From an uncultured Gemmatimonadaceae bacterium (lineage in GTDB: Bacteria; Gemmatimonadota; Gemmatimonadetes; Gemmatimonadales; Gemmatimonadaceae), in the NCBI GenBank assembly GCA_963790305.1, contig CAWBOC010000005.1, positions 448,001 to 512,000 of the forward strand: a DNA stretch of 64,000 nucleotides. Reading direction: 5' to 3'. Positions within the stretch are counted from its first letter, which is position 1. Each line of letters opens with the position of its first letter. Position numbers and translations under genes: made by a program. Positions 48,877 to 58,540 of this stretch are shown here, one piece after another. The notes beneath the pieces are model-generated. The model saw nothing but the letters and a program-made list of their open reading frames with translations, was not told the origin of the DNA and searched no databases.

Positions 48877-48951
48877 GAGGACCTCCGTGGGTATACGACT
48901 AACCATTCCGGCGGGCGCGGGGGTTCCGGCCGAAACAATGCTGCGAATAGC

Positions 48952-49680
48952 GTGACGCCACAGCGACTGCTGGCTCTAGCAAGACGGCTGTTGGCGGTCC
49001 CACTGTGCGTCGCTTGGGCTGGCTGCGGGCCCCGTCTGCATCTTCCCGCTCCACCATTCAGCCCCCCGGGCGCGCTCCCACCGGGAGACGCTGGCGCCAC
49101 GCTGGCACGGCAACTGGCGCCTGTCTTGTACCTACAGCCCGACGAATGGTTCCCGCTGGTCCGGGCGGTGGCCGTGCTTCACCCCACCCGGCCCATCATC
49201 GCCTATCATCTCTTGTGGCGGGACGACGCCCACGGGGCCTGGGTACCCTTGACCAAGCCTTCCGACCAGGAAATCGTGTGGGTCGGCTACGACTCAACGG
49301 GGGCCCCTGTCGATCTCTGGACCTACTGGCACGGAGACGTCCTCCACGTTCCCTGGCCCAAGCGGCAGGTTCTGGTCGACGTCCAGTGGGGGAAGCACGG
49401 GTCGCTTCCGCGGTCGACCCGCCCCGAGTCCCTGCCGGTGGGGAGATCGCTCGAGGCGTTCTATCTCCTGACCTGGGCGGGGATCCCGGATCTATGGCTG
49501 GGTCGCCTGTCGCGGCGCGGGCCGCTGTGCTTTTGCGGCAGCTATGCGCGCTACGCGGCGTTCACCAGGCCACTCGGGTTGGCCGGCCGAATCGACGTCG
49601 TGGCGCGCGCGGCCGATCCCGCCGAGCTGCTGCGGTCGGTGTTCGGGCCGCGCTATTCGCGAAAGCGACCGTGGCCGTAG
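48952..49680 (+). CDS. Hypothetical lipoprotein
   Basis: WAGC lipobox; 'LAPVLYL', 'IAYHLLWRDD', 'WGKHGS'. Confidence 0.6.
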   Translation: MTPQRLLALARRLLAVPLCVAWAGCGPRLHLPAPPFSPPGALPPGDAGATLARQLAPVLYLQPDEWFPLVRAVAVLHPTRPIIAYHLLWRDDAHGAWVPLTKPSDQEIVWVGYDSTGAPVDLWTYWHGDVLHVPWPKRQVLVDVQWGKHGSLPRSTRPESLPVGRSLEAFYLLTWAGIPDLWLGRLSRRGPLCFCGSYARYAAFTRPLGLAGRIDVVARAADPAELLRSVFGPRYSRKRPWP

Positions 49681-49972
49681 CCCGCGCCTAACGAGTCACG
49701 CGGCGCGACCCCGTCGGGGTTCCTTCGACCTGATCGGACGAAATGACCTCGCAGCGACCGGTCGTCTTGTCTGACTCGTGTGTTGCATGCCTGCCTCACG
49801 AGTGCATTGATCCCTTCCGCGTTGCGTCAACCGGCGTGCCGTACTCGGAATATGAATTGCCTAATCCGAGGGCGCTTGCCACGCATGGCGAGCGGCCCGC
49901 ACCTCGACCGTTTCTCGGGAGAGCGCCGGCGCAGGAATCGGAATCCCAGCATCTCGCTCACCGGAGTCATTC

Positions 49973-50542
49973 ATGTTCGCCACGCGACGTTTCGCTTCCC
50001 TTCTCGCGCTTGCGCTCGCCGCCGTCATGCTGACGTCGTGCGCCGACGATCACGTGCCTACAGCGCCGCCGGCTCCGCCAGCGATGGCGCCCGATCCTTC
50101 ATTACTCGGCGATCTCATTGGTGGTGTCACCGGGACCGTCGGCGGCCTCGTGAACCAGCTGGGACTCGTCTCCTGCAACGTGCGGACGACACACACGGGT
50201 TCGGCCGAGATCGGCCCGATGGGTGGCGTCGTGTGGGTCGGTCCGCATCGCCTCTTTGTCCCGCCGTACGCGCTGCGTGAGAGGGTCCGCATCACCGCGG
50301 TCGCGCCGAAGGGCCAGTACGTCCAGATCCAGTTCGCGCCCGAAGGGCTCGAGTTCCGTCGGCCGACGCTGCTGACGATGAGCTATTCGGAGTGCAGCCT
50401 GCTGAGCCCGCTGCGCCTCAAGATCGTGTACGTCAACGACAGACTCGAAATCCTGGAAGTGCTGCCGACGCTGGTCAGCGTGCTGACGCGTACGGCAAAC
50501 GCGCCCGTCGATCACTTCTCGCGGTACATGTTGGCTGACTGA
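49973..50542 (+). CDS. Lipoprotein with ZU5-like domain ending in an HFS motif
   Basis: LTSC lipobox; 'IGPMGG...L.VPP.AL...I...F.PEGL.F..P..L..SY..C...VDHFSRY'. Confidence 0.65.
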   Translation: MFATRRFASLLALALAAVMLTSCADDHVPTAPPAPPAMAPDPSLLGDLIGGVTGTVGGLVNQLGLVSCNVRTTHTGSAEIGPMGGVVWVGPHRLFVPPYALRERVRITAVAPKGQYVQIQFAPEGLEFRRPTLLTMSYSECSLLSPLRLKIVYVNDRLEILEVLPTLVSVLTRTANAPVDHFSRYMLAD

Positions 50543-50549
50543 CCTGCGC

Positions 50550-52158
50550 ATGACGACGAGCATTCGTCCATTCGCGGCGTTTACGGCGCCGGGGCCCGTT
50601 GGGCCCCGGCGCCCCGTCGTCTTTCTTGGTGAAGCGCGCGAGCACGAACGCGCGGGACGCGTCGTCGAAGCGATCAAGTGCTACGAGTCCGCGATCGACA
50701 ACGCGGATCCCACGATCGACGGACCCGTGCTCGCGGAGGCGCTGCGGCGACTCGGCGTCGTCCGGCGCCGGCGTCACGAATACGACCAGGCGATTGCGCT
50801 CTGTCAGCGAAGCCACGAGGTCGCGATGGCGCGCAACGATGGCTTGCTCGCCGCCGAGGCGCTCAACGGCATCGCGCTGGTCCACGTGGAGCGCGGCGAG
50901 TGGTCACAGGCGCGCGAACGTCTGAGTCGCGCCCTCGAGCTCGGCGCGGAGAGCAAGGAGCTCGTGGGGCGAATCGAGCAGAATCTCGGAATCATGGCGA
51001 ACATCCATGGAGATCTCGCGGCGGCGATGAATCACTACCGTCGCTCTCTCGAGGCGTTCCGTCAGGGCCGCGATGAGCGCGGGTGCGCCATCGCGTACCA
51101 CAATCTCGGGATGCTCAGCGCCGACCAGCGTCTGTGGGATGATGCGGAGCAGTACTATCGCGCGAGTCTCGAGGTCGCGGAGGCGACGGGCGACGTCCAC
51201 CTTCGCGGACACGTGCTGCTCAACCGCACCGAGGTTCACCTCGCGCGCGTCGCGGTTCGAGCCCGCACGTCAGGATGCGGAAGAGGCACTACGGATCTTC
51301 GACTCGCTCGGCATGGCCGGCGGAAAGTCGAGCGCTTATCGCTTTCTCGGAATGGTGTATCGAGAGACAGGGCGCACGACACTCGCCGAAGCGCGACTGC
51401 GGTCCGCGGTGCATCTCTCGGCTGGTGTCGGCGCGGCACTCGACGAAGCGGAAGCGTCACGCGAGCTGGCGCTGCTCTACCAGGGACTGGGGCGGAGCCA
51501 GGAAGCGCTGCGGCTGCTCAACATGTCGCACCGACTCTTCCGCCGTCTCGATGCGCGCGTCGACCTGGTTGACGTCAAGGCCAAGGTGGGGCACCTCGAG
51601 AGCGTGTACCTCGAGATCGTGCGAGAGTGGGGACGGTCGATCGAATCGAGCGATACATATACGCACGGGCATTCCGAGCGTGTCGCGACCTACGCGGCGG
51701 CCCTCGCAACGGGCATGGGTCTCGACGAGACGGAGCTGCAAACCATCCGCGTTGGCGCGTACCTTCACGACCTCGGCAAGGTGAAGATCCCGCACGAGAT
51801 CCTGAACAAGCCTGGCCGCCTGACGAACGAGGAATTCGACGAGATGAAGCGACACCCGGAATACGGGATCGAGCTGCTCGCGTCAGTCGAGTTCCCGTGG
51901 GACATTCGCCCGCTGATTCGGTCGCACCACGAGAAGCTCGATGGCTCGGGCTATCCCGATCGTCTGCGTGGCGATGAGATCCCGCTGACAGCGCAGCTGA
52001 TCTGCATCGTGGACGTCTACGACGCGCTGACGACGACACGCTCCTACCGTGGCGCGATGCCTCACCAGACCGCGGTCGAGGAGATGATCCGAAGCGAGCG
52101 CTGGTGGAGGCCGGACGTCATGGCGGGCTTCAGGGCGAGCGTCGGGAAGGATTCCTGA
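50550..52158 (+). CDS. TPR-repeat plus HD-GYP phosphodiesterase (frameshift near 51250)
   Basis: Multiple TPRs (NLG motifs); 'YTHGHSERV', 'LHDLGK', 'HHEKLDGSGYP', 'VDVYDAL...RSYR'. Confidence 0.88.
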
Positions 52159-52159
52159 T

Positions 52160-52214
52160 CGAATGCGGAAAGCGGAATGCGGAGTTGGTATCCGCATTCC
52201 GCTTTCCGCATTCG
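52160..52214. repeat. Perfect 24-bp-stem hairpin of GAATGCG/GAAAGCG heptamers between convergent genes
   Basis: CGAATGCGGAAAGCGGAATGCGGA-gttggta-TCCGCATTCCGCTTTCCGCATTCG. Confidence 0.9.
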
Positions 52215-52222
52215 CATCCGAA

Positions 52223-52453
52223 TCACCCGACGTAGACGACGTCCCCCTCCGGATCTATCCCCATCTCCTGAATGTGGCCGCAGACGCCGCACACCATCGT
52301 CGCGTGCCAGGCCTCGTTGAACTCCTTCCGGTGCTCCTTCGCGGCCTCTTTGACGGTGACCTTCTTGTAGCTGTACTCCCGACAATGCTCGCAGGCGTGC
52401 CCGCGCGCTATGCGCTCGGCACGCTCCCGCGAGATCTTCTTGATCTTCGGCAA
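52223..52453 (-). CDS. Small zinc-finger protein
   Basis: GAGGAG RBS and TTG; CEHC...CGVC. Confidence 0.65.
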   Translation of the reverse strand: MPKIKKISRERAERIARGHACEHCREYSYKKVTVKEAAKEHRKEFNEAWHATMVCGVCGHIQEMGIDPEGDVVYVG

Positions 52454-52454
52454 C

Positions 52455-53542
52455 TCAGCGCTCCTCGTCGGGATTCCGCAGCGTCGCGCGCGCGGTCGGG
52501 CGGGGCTGCTGATACCCACCAGGGGGCGGCGCAGCCGGCTCGCGCGAAGGGCCGGCAGCAGCCTGGGCCGCTGCGCCCGCCTTCGCCGAGCAGCTCGCGC
52601 ATGCCCCCGAGCGCACCGAGGACGCCGGTGGCCTCAGCGGGCAGGAAGATCGTCGTGCCCTTGCCCTGCGCGACGTGCGGCAACGCCTCGAGATACTTGA
52701 GGCCGAGCAGATACATCGCGGCCTGGCCCTCGGGCAGTGAGTTGGCGATGCGTTGAATGGCTTCCGCTTCGGCGTTGGCCATCGCCAGGCGTGCCTCCGC
52801 GAGGCCCTGGGCGCGCAGTACCGCCGCTTCCTTTCTCACCTTCGGCTTTGCGAACCTGCGCCTCGCGTAGTCCCTCGGACTCGAGAATCGCGGCGCGCTT
52901 GCTCGCCTCGGCGTTCGTCACCGCGGCGCGGCGCTCTCGCTCGGCGCGCATCACCAGCTCCATCGACTGCTGAATGTCGCGCGGCGGCTCGATGGCCTGG
53001 AGCTCGACGCGCGTGACGTCGACGCCCCAACCGATCGAAGCCTCCTCGATGACTTCCCGCATCTTCTTGTTGATCAGATCGCGGCTGGCGAGCGTCTGAT
53101 CGAGCTCCATGTCACCGACGATGTTGCGGAGCGTCGTGCGCGTGAGCGTCTCGAGCGCGTACGGGAGATTCTGAATCGAATACGTGGCCTTCTGCGGATC
53201 GGCGATGCGGTAGTACAGGACGGCGTCGATGTCGATCGTGACGTTGTCCTTGGTGATGACAGGCTGGCTCGGGAAGTTGAGCACCTGCTCACGCAGATCG
53301 ATCCGCGACGTCGAGCCGGAAGTAATCTTCTTCACGCCGTTGACATCGGCCTCGAAGTACCGCACGTCGATGGGGCGGGGCCGCTCGATGAACGGGATGA
53401 GCATGTTGAAGCCCGACCGGGCGAGGCGATTGAACTTGCCCAGCCGCTCGATGACCAGTACCTCGGCCTGGCCGACGATCTTGAACGACTTCGTCGCTAT
53501 CAGCAGCGCCAGAAGCGCGATTATTCCAAGGCCGATGAGCAT
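52455..53542 (-). CDS. SPFH/band-7 (QmcA-like) protein (frameshifts near the 3' end)
   Basis: 'ERLGKF', 'IDLREQ', 'ITKDNV', 'TLRNIVG', 'MRAERERRA'; 3' end uncertain. Confidence 0.88.
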
Positions 53543-53587
53543 GCCTACACCTCGAAGAGGGGGGATCTCATTCTACGCGCCTGACGA

Positions 53588-54652
53588 TCACTCACGCCAG
53601 TCGGCGACGAAGATGTTGGTCTCGCCCTGCTGCGCTGCGTGCCGGTTGGAGGCCCAAACGAGGCGCTTGCCATCCGGGCTGAACATCGGAAACGAGTCGA
53701 AGTCCGCGTGCGTCGTCACACGCTCGAGGCCGGAGCCGTCGAGGCCCACCAGATACAGGTCGAAGTCGCGCCCGCGCGGATTGGTGTGATTCGAGGCGAA
53801 GATGATTCGCCTTCCATCGGGCGTGAAGTACGGGGCGAAGTTGGCCCCGCCGAGGTTGGTCACCTGCCGCTGATTGCTGCCGTCTGCATTCATGACCCAG
53901 ATCTCCATGCGCGAGGGTCGAACCAGCCCCTGCGCGAGGAGTCCCTTGTACTCGGCGAGGGAGGCCGAGTCGGCCGGATGGCTGGCGCGATAGACGATCT
54001 GCGATCCATCGGGGGAGAAGAATGCTCCGCCGTCGTAGCCGGGTGTCGTCGTCAAACGGCGGACGTCGCTGCCGTCGGTGCGCATCGTGTAGATCTCGAG
54101 GTCGCCATCCTTCGTCGACGTGAAGACGATCCGCGAGCCGTCCGGCGAGAGCGTACCCTCCGCGGTGTAGGCGTTCCAGTCCGTGAGGCGGCGCATGCCC
54201 ACGCCGTTTGCGTTAGCGGCGTAGATCTCGAACCGGTCGAGCCGCCACACATACCCGCGAGAAAAATCGGGGCGCGGCGGGCACGCGCTGTCGGCGTGGT
54301 GGGTGGACGAGAAGAAAATGCGGCGGTCGCCATCGAAGAAATAGCCGCACGTGGTCTTGCCGGTTCCGTTCGACACGCGGCGCAGATTGCCGCCGTCGGC
54401 GTCCATGACGAACTGTTGGTCGCAGGAGCGGCCGTCGCGCGTCGACTGGAAGATCAGGCGCGTTCCGTCGGCGCTCCAGTACGCCTCGGCGTTCTCACCG
54501 CCGAAGGTCAGCTGTCGGATGTTGGCGAGGTGGCGCTCGCCGGGCTCGGACGACCGAGCCACTGCGAGCTGCGACCTGCGAGCACTGCCACATGCAGCAG
54601 CGGCCACCGCAAGGGTGGCCGCCGCTGTGAACACTACGAGGCGTCGGCGCAT
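53588..54652 (-). CDS. TolB-like (PD40) beta-propeller lipoprotein
   Basis: Repeated 'SPDG..I.F.S'; 'GGENAEAYWS'; AAAC lipobox. Confidence 0.85.
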   Translation of the reverse strand: MRRRLVVFTAAATLAVAAAACGSARRSQLAVARSSEPGERHLANIRQLTFGGENAEAYWSADGTRLIFQSTRDGRSCDQQFVMDADGGNLRRVSNGTGKTTCGYFFDGDRRIFFSSTHHADSACPPRPDFSRGYVWRLDRFEIYAANANGVGMRRLTDWNAYTAEGTLSPDGSRIVFTSTKDGDLEIYTMRTDGSDVRRLTTTPGYDGGAFFSPDGSQIVYRASHPADSASLAEYKGLLAQGLVRPSRMEIWVMNADGSNQRQVTNLGGANFAPYFTPDGRRIIFASNHTNPRGRDFDLYLVGLDGSGLERVTTHADFDSFPMFSPDGKRLVWASNRHAAQQGETNIFVADWRE

Positions 54653-54672
54653 GCCGACAATTTAAGGCACCG

Positions 54673-56310
54673 TCAGCGAGACGCGCGAGCCACGGCGAAA
54701 AGGTCCTTTTGCGTGTTGCCCTTCTTCATGAGCTCGATGGCGCGGAGCAGCTGCGGGTCATCGGGAATCTCGCGGCGCGCCGCGGCGGCATCGCCGAAGG
54801 CGAAGCGCGTCACGAAGTGCGACAGCCACTTGTCGATCGTCGGGCGGGCCGCGTCGAACAGCTGCTTGTCGACCTCGACCTTGGCAGCAGTGAGCCGGCG
54901 ATAGAACTCCTCGCGCCACTCGGGCTGCACCTGGAAGTTGGGATTCGACACGCGAGCCTTGAGCTCCTGGGCATAATTCCAGAGCGCGATGCGAACCTGG
55001 GGCGACTTCGGTCCGATCGCCTTGAGGAACTCCTGCTCCCGCGTGGTGACCGTGTCATCAGGAATGATCACGTCGGGGGTAATGCCGCCGCCGCCGTACA
55101 CGATGCGCCCCGCGTCGGAGCGGAACACCGGCCGGGTCTTCTTCACGGCGTCGGTCTCCAGCGAGTCAGGCGGAACATCCTCCCGCTGGCCCGTTGGGTT
55201 GACGCGTGCCGCCGCGGTGGTGTCTCCGGGGCGCGCGCCCGACGCGAGAAGCTGCGTTTCGTCCTTCCGCTCTTTCTGGATGGAACGCCCGACGGGCGTA
55301 AACCACTTCGCGGTCGTGAGCTTGAGCGCGTACCCACCCTCGAGCGGGAACACGGTCTGGACGAGTCCCTTTCCGAACGAGGTGGTGCCGACAACGAGCG
55401 CACGGTCGTGATCCTGGAGCGCGCCCGCGACGATCTCCGACGCCGACGCGGTGTAGCCATCGACGAGGACGACGAGCGGCATGTTCGGCATCTTCGGCTT
55501 GCCCTTCGCGACGAACTGCTGCGACATCATTCCGCGTCCGCGAACGCTCGCGATCTCGTCTCCGCCCTCGAGGAAGATGTCGGCGACGGCGAGGCCCTGG
55601 TCCAGAATGCCACCGGGGTTTCCACGGAGATCGATGATGATGCCGTTTGCGCCCGCCTTCAGCATCTGATCGACGCTGGTCTCGAGCTCTTCACCCGCGC
55701 TCTCGTTGAACGACTGCAGCGGGATGTACCCCACCTTGTTCTCGAGGAGGAGCGCGTAGGGAACCGCTGGAATGTGAATCGTCGCGCGCGTGAGGCGGTG
55801 CGAAATCACCTCCGTCACACCGGGCCGCACGAACCGCACGTTGACCTGGGTGCCGGGGGTACCGATCAAGGCGTTGGACACCTGTTCCGTAGACCACCCG
55901 CGGGTCGACGCGGTGTCGACCTGCACGATCCGGTCGCCTTCCTGGATGCCGGCCGCTTCCGCCGGAGTGTTGGGAAAGACCTGGACGACGGTGATGACGC
56001 CATCCTGATCCTCGATCCGCATCCCGATACCGCCATAGCGTCCCGTGGAGTTCGTCGAGAAGCGCTGCAGCTGCTTCGGGGTGAGGAGCTCCGAATACGG
56101 ATCCTCGAGCTCCTCGACGAGGCCCCGCGCCGCCTTTTCGTAGAGCGCAGCGTTATCGACGGTGTCGACGAAACGGTCGGCAACCAGTGAGAGCACCTGA
56201 TCGAACAGCCGCGCGCCGTCGCGTGTCGCGCGATCCTGAATGACGAACCCGCCGACGAGGGCGGGTGCGACGACGACTGCGATCAGGGAGAGCTTCCGGA
56301 AACGATTCAT
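54673..56310 (-). CDS. ctpA: S41 carboxyl-terminal processing protease (PDZ)
   Basis: 'GIGM', 'DLRGNPGG', 'TASASEIVAGALQD', 'SFGKGLVQ'. Confidence 0.92.
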   Translation of the reverse strand: MNRFRKLSLIAVVVAPALVGGFVIQDRATRDGARLFDQVLSLVADRFVDTVDNAALYEKAARGLVEELEDPYSELLTPKQLQRFSTNSTGRYGGIGMRIEDQDGVITVVQVFPNTPAEAAGIQEGDRIVQVDTASTRGWSTEQVSNALIGTPGTQVNVRFVRPGVTEVISHRLTRATIHIPAVPYALLLENKVGYIPLQSFNESAGEELETSVDQMLKAGANGIIIDLRGNPGGILDQGLAVADIFLEGGDEIASVRGRGMMSQQFVAKGKPKMPNMPLVVLVDGYTASASEIVAGALQDHDRALVVGTTSFGKGLVQTVFPLEGGYALKLTTAKWFTPVGRSIQKERKDETQLLASGARPGDTTAAARVNPTGQREDVPPDSLETDAVKKTRPVFRSDAGRIVYGGGGITPDVIIPDDTVTTREQEFLKAIGPKSPQVRIALWNYAQELKARVSNPNFQVQPEWREEFYRRLTAAKVEVDKQLFDAARPTIDKWLSHFVTRFAFGDAAAARREIPDDPQLLRAIELMKKGNTQKDLFAVARASR

Positions 56311-56376
56311 GGGACTGCCGGCAGAGGTGAGGAGGCTACGTCTCCTTAAATACGATCGAGACAGGGCGAGGTTCCG

Positions 56377-56562
56377 CTATCCACTCATTCCGCCAGAGCC
56401 TTCTTCCGTTCCGCCCTGCCAGAGCGATCGCCAGGACATTTCGCGCCCCTTGCGGAACCCCTTCTGCGTGAGCTTCACCCCGTCCGGGGAGATCGTCACG
56501 GTGTAGGGCTGCCCATCAATGTCAATTTCGCGCTTGAGCGTCTTGTCGAGTTTCGTGGTCAT
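56377..56562 (-). CDS. Small hypothetical protein
   Basis: Protein-like sequence 'MTTKLDKTLKREI...KG.RKG...W'; GGAG upstream. Confidence 0.7.
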   Translation of the reverse strand: MTTKLDKTLKREIDIDGQPYTVTISPDGVKLTQKGFRKGREMSWRSLWQGGTEEGSGGMSG

Positions 56563-56683
56563 TGCGAGAGGAGCTCCGTGCTGGGGGAGGTGTCGAAACC
56601 GAGGACTGACGGAATGCGGAACAGACTAAGGGAAGCATGAACCAGCCTGTGCAGTAAAGTCACTGGCTGGGGGGTCAACAGTC

Positions 56684-56715
56684 AATCAGCAATCCGCAAT
56701 CCGCATTCCGCATTC
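56684..56715. repeat. Tandem heptamers A(A/T)TCCGC
   Basis: aatcagc-aatccgc-aatccgc-attccgc-attc. Confidence 0.8.
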
Positions 56716-56726
56716 TGAGCGGGCCC

Positions 56727-57600
56727 TCAGGCCGCCCTCGAGGCCAGGACATAGTCGACGTACCACTGCCTCTTTTGCTGGCGAACGGCCACATCCCGGA
56801 GGAGTCCGGCCTCCACGAGCATCTCGTGGGCGGGCTGGAGGACGCGCTGGAGGTGGGACGGGTAGCGCTGTGTGAGGGGGAGCTGAAGGGCGAGTTGATC
56901 CAGAGCGACACGCCAGGTGACCGTACCCTCCATGCGGGCGACCTCGAGCAGGCGATACAGGCGGCGGGCGACCGGGGACGAGAGCTCGAGGTAGTGATTC
57001 GCGGACAGCGAAACGGTGTGTCCGGCATTGACGTTGGCCCGCGCCAGCGGCGACAGCGCGACGCGAGCGACACCAGGCTCCGAGACGGTCAACGTCGGGA
57101 ACAGGGTGAGCTGATCGCGGTCGGCACCGCGGCGCCGATCGATGGAAACCGCCGTGAGCAACGTGAAGGCGGCGTCGATCGGCCCACCGGCGGTGGCGCT
57201 CCAGTACGCGGCCTGTGATTCGAGTGTCGTCCGCTCGAGGCGCATGAGCGCGGAGCGGAGCTGCTCGTAGGTGCGTCCGTCGACGCGCCGCCCCATCGAG
57301 CGGAGGAAGGCGTGGAGGGTGAAGGTGATGACGCCATCGTCCGGGCAGCTGGCCTCGTTCCATCGATGCCACAGCTCGACGTAGACGTCCTGGTCGAAGG
57401 TGCCAGGGAGCCGGTCGCCCGGACTGGGCAGCACTCGCCATCGGCCCCCCGCTCGGCGGCTCGTACGCGATAGCGGAGTCCTCGGCGGAATCACTGAGCC
57501 GGAAGAGCGGAAGGGCCTCGAGCGAGCGATCGAGGACGATCGTTCGCGCGGCGGTTCGGCGTCGTGCCGCGAGGGACATGGAAACAAACTGGACTCCCAT
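56727..57600 (-). CDS. Plasmid-type replication initiator (RepA-like, winged helix) (frameshift near 57445)
   Basis: 'LPLFRLS', 'LPGTFDQDVYVEL', 'GRTYEQLRSALMRL..T', 'YLELSSPVARRLYRLL'. Confidence 0.65.
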
Positions 57601-57618
57601 CGGGGGAGAGTCCAGACA

Positions 57619-57701
57619 CGAATGCGGATTGCGGAATGCGGATTGAGGACTACGTGCTACTAATCGTCACAATTTTATCCGCATTCCGCATTCCGCATTC
57701 G
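57619..57701. repeat. Inverted heptamer repeat (GA(A/T)TGCG units) with AT-rich spacer
   Basis: cgaatgcggattgcggaatgcggat ... atccgcattccgcattccgcattcg. Confidence 0.85.
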
Positions 57702-57704
57702 CCC

Positions 57705-58423
57705 TTACCCTAACGCGATGACCTGTCCGGTCATCGGTCTCGATGCATCGGAGCACAGCCAGACGACCATGCGCGCCACATCGTCGCGCTCCACGTACCG
57801 CGCGTCGCTCCCCATGCTCTTTTCGTTGGCGGCGGTGCGAATCGAGGTGGGGGCCAGTGCATTCGCGCGGACGCCGTTCGCACGCTCCTCTTCGGCGAGG
57901 GCGCGCATGAGTGTGAGCACTCCGCCCTTTGCCGTCGCGTAGGCGGCCATGTTGGCGACGGATGCGCCGGGGAGCGCCGCCGCGGATCCGAAGAACACGA
58001 ACGCTCCGCGCGATGCGCGAACGAGCGGCAGGAAGGCGCGCGCCGTGAGCGCGGCGGTGGTGAGATTGAGCGCGAGCTGCTTCTGCCAGACGGCGGGCGT
58101 GCTGTCGGCGATGCTCGACATCGCGAACCCGCCGGCGAGATGCACCACCGCATCGAGCCGGTTGTCGGTGTCTCGACGCGACGGCCTCGGTGAGCGCCTG
58201 AACGGCAGCTTCGTTGGTGAGGTCGCAGGCATAGGCATCCGCGCGACCACCTCGAGCGCGAAGCGCCGCGGCGCGGGCTTCGGCCGCATCGCTCGAGCAG
58301 ATCCACCGCGGCGATCGCGGCTCCGGCATCGACAAGCGCGGCCGCGACCGCTTCGCCGACCTGCCCTTCTCGTCCAATCCCGGTGACGAGCACCGAGCGA
58401 CCAGACAGTGCCCCGTGAGCCAT
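57705..58423 (-). CDS. Short-chain dehydrogenase/reductase (frameshifts near 58180 and 58290)
   Basis: 'VLVTG....GQVG', 'YATAK', 'GVRANALAP', 'TGQVI'. Confidence 0.85.
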
Positions 58424-58540
58424 GGCGGGAACAATGCGATCCCGGGCGGAAAGCGCAAGCACGGATATTGAGTGGCGAAATGGTGAGAGCTATGCTCTCC
58501 GCCGTCACGTGACGGTCGCCATTTCTTTCATCGCGATACT

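Noticed and set aside
48472..49972. c-di-GMP riboswitch near the HD-GYP operon
   Set aside because: Only a short GGCCTAAAC-like fragment was seen; the GEMM two-stem architecture could not be built.
42509..57701. Repeat arrays as CRISPR or IS ends
   Set aside because: Units are 7 bp with no unique spacers, and there are no cas or transposase genes.
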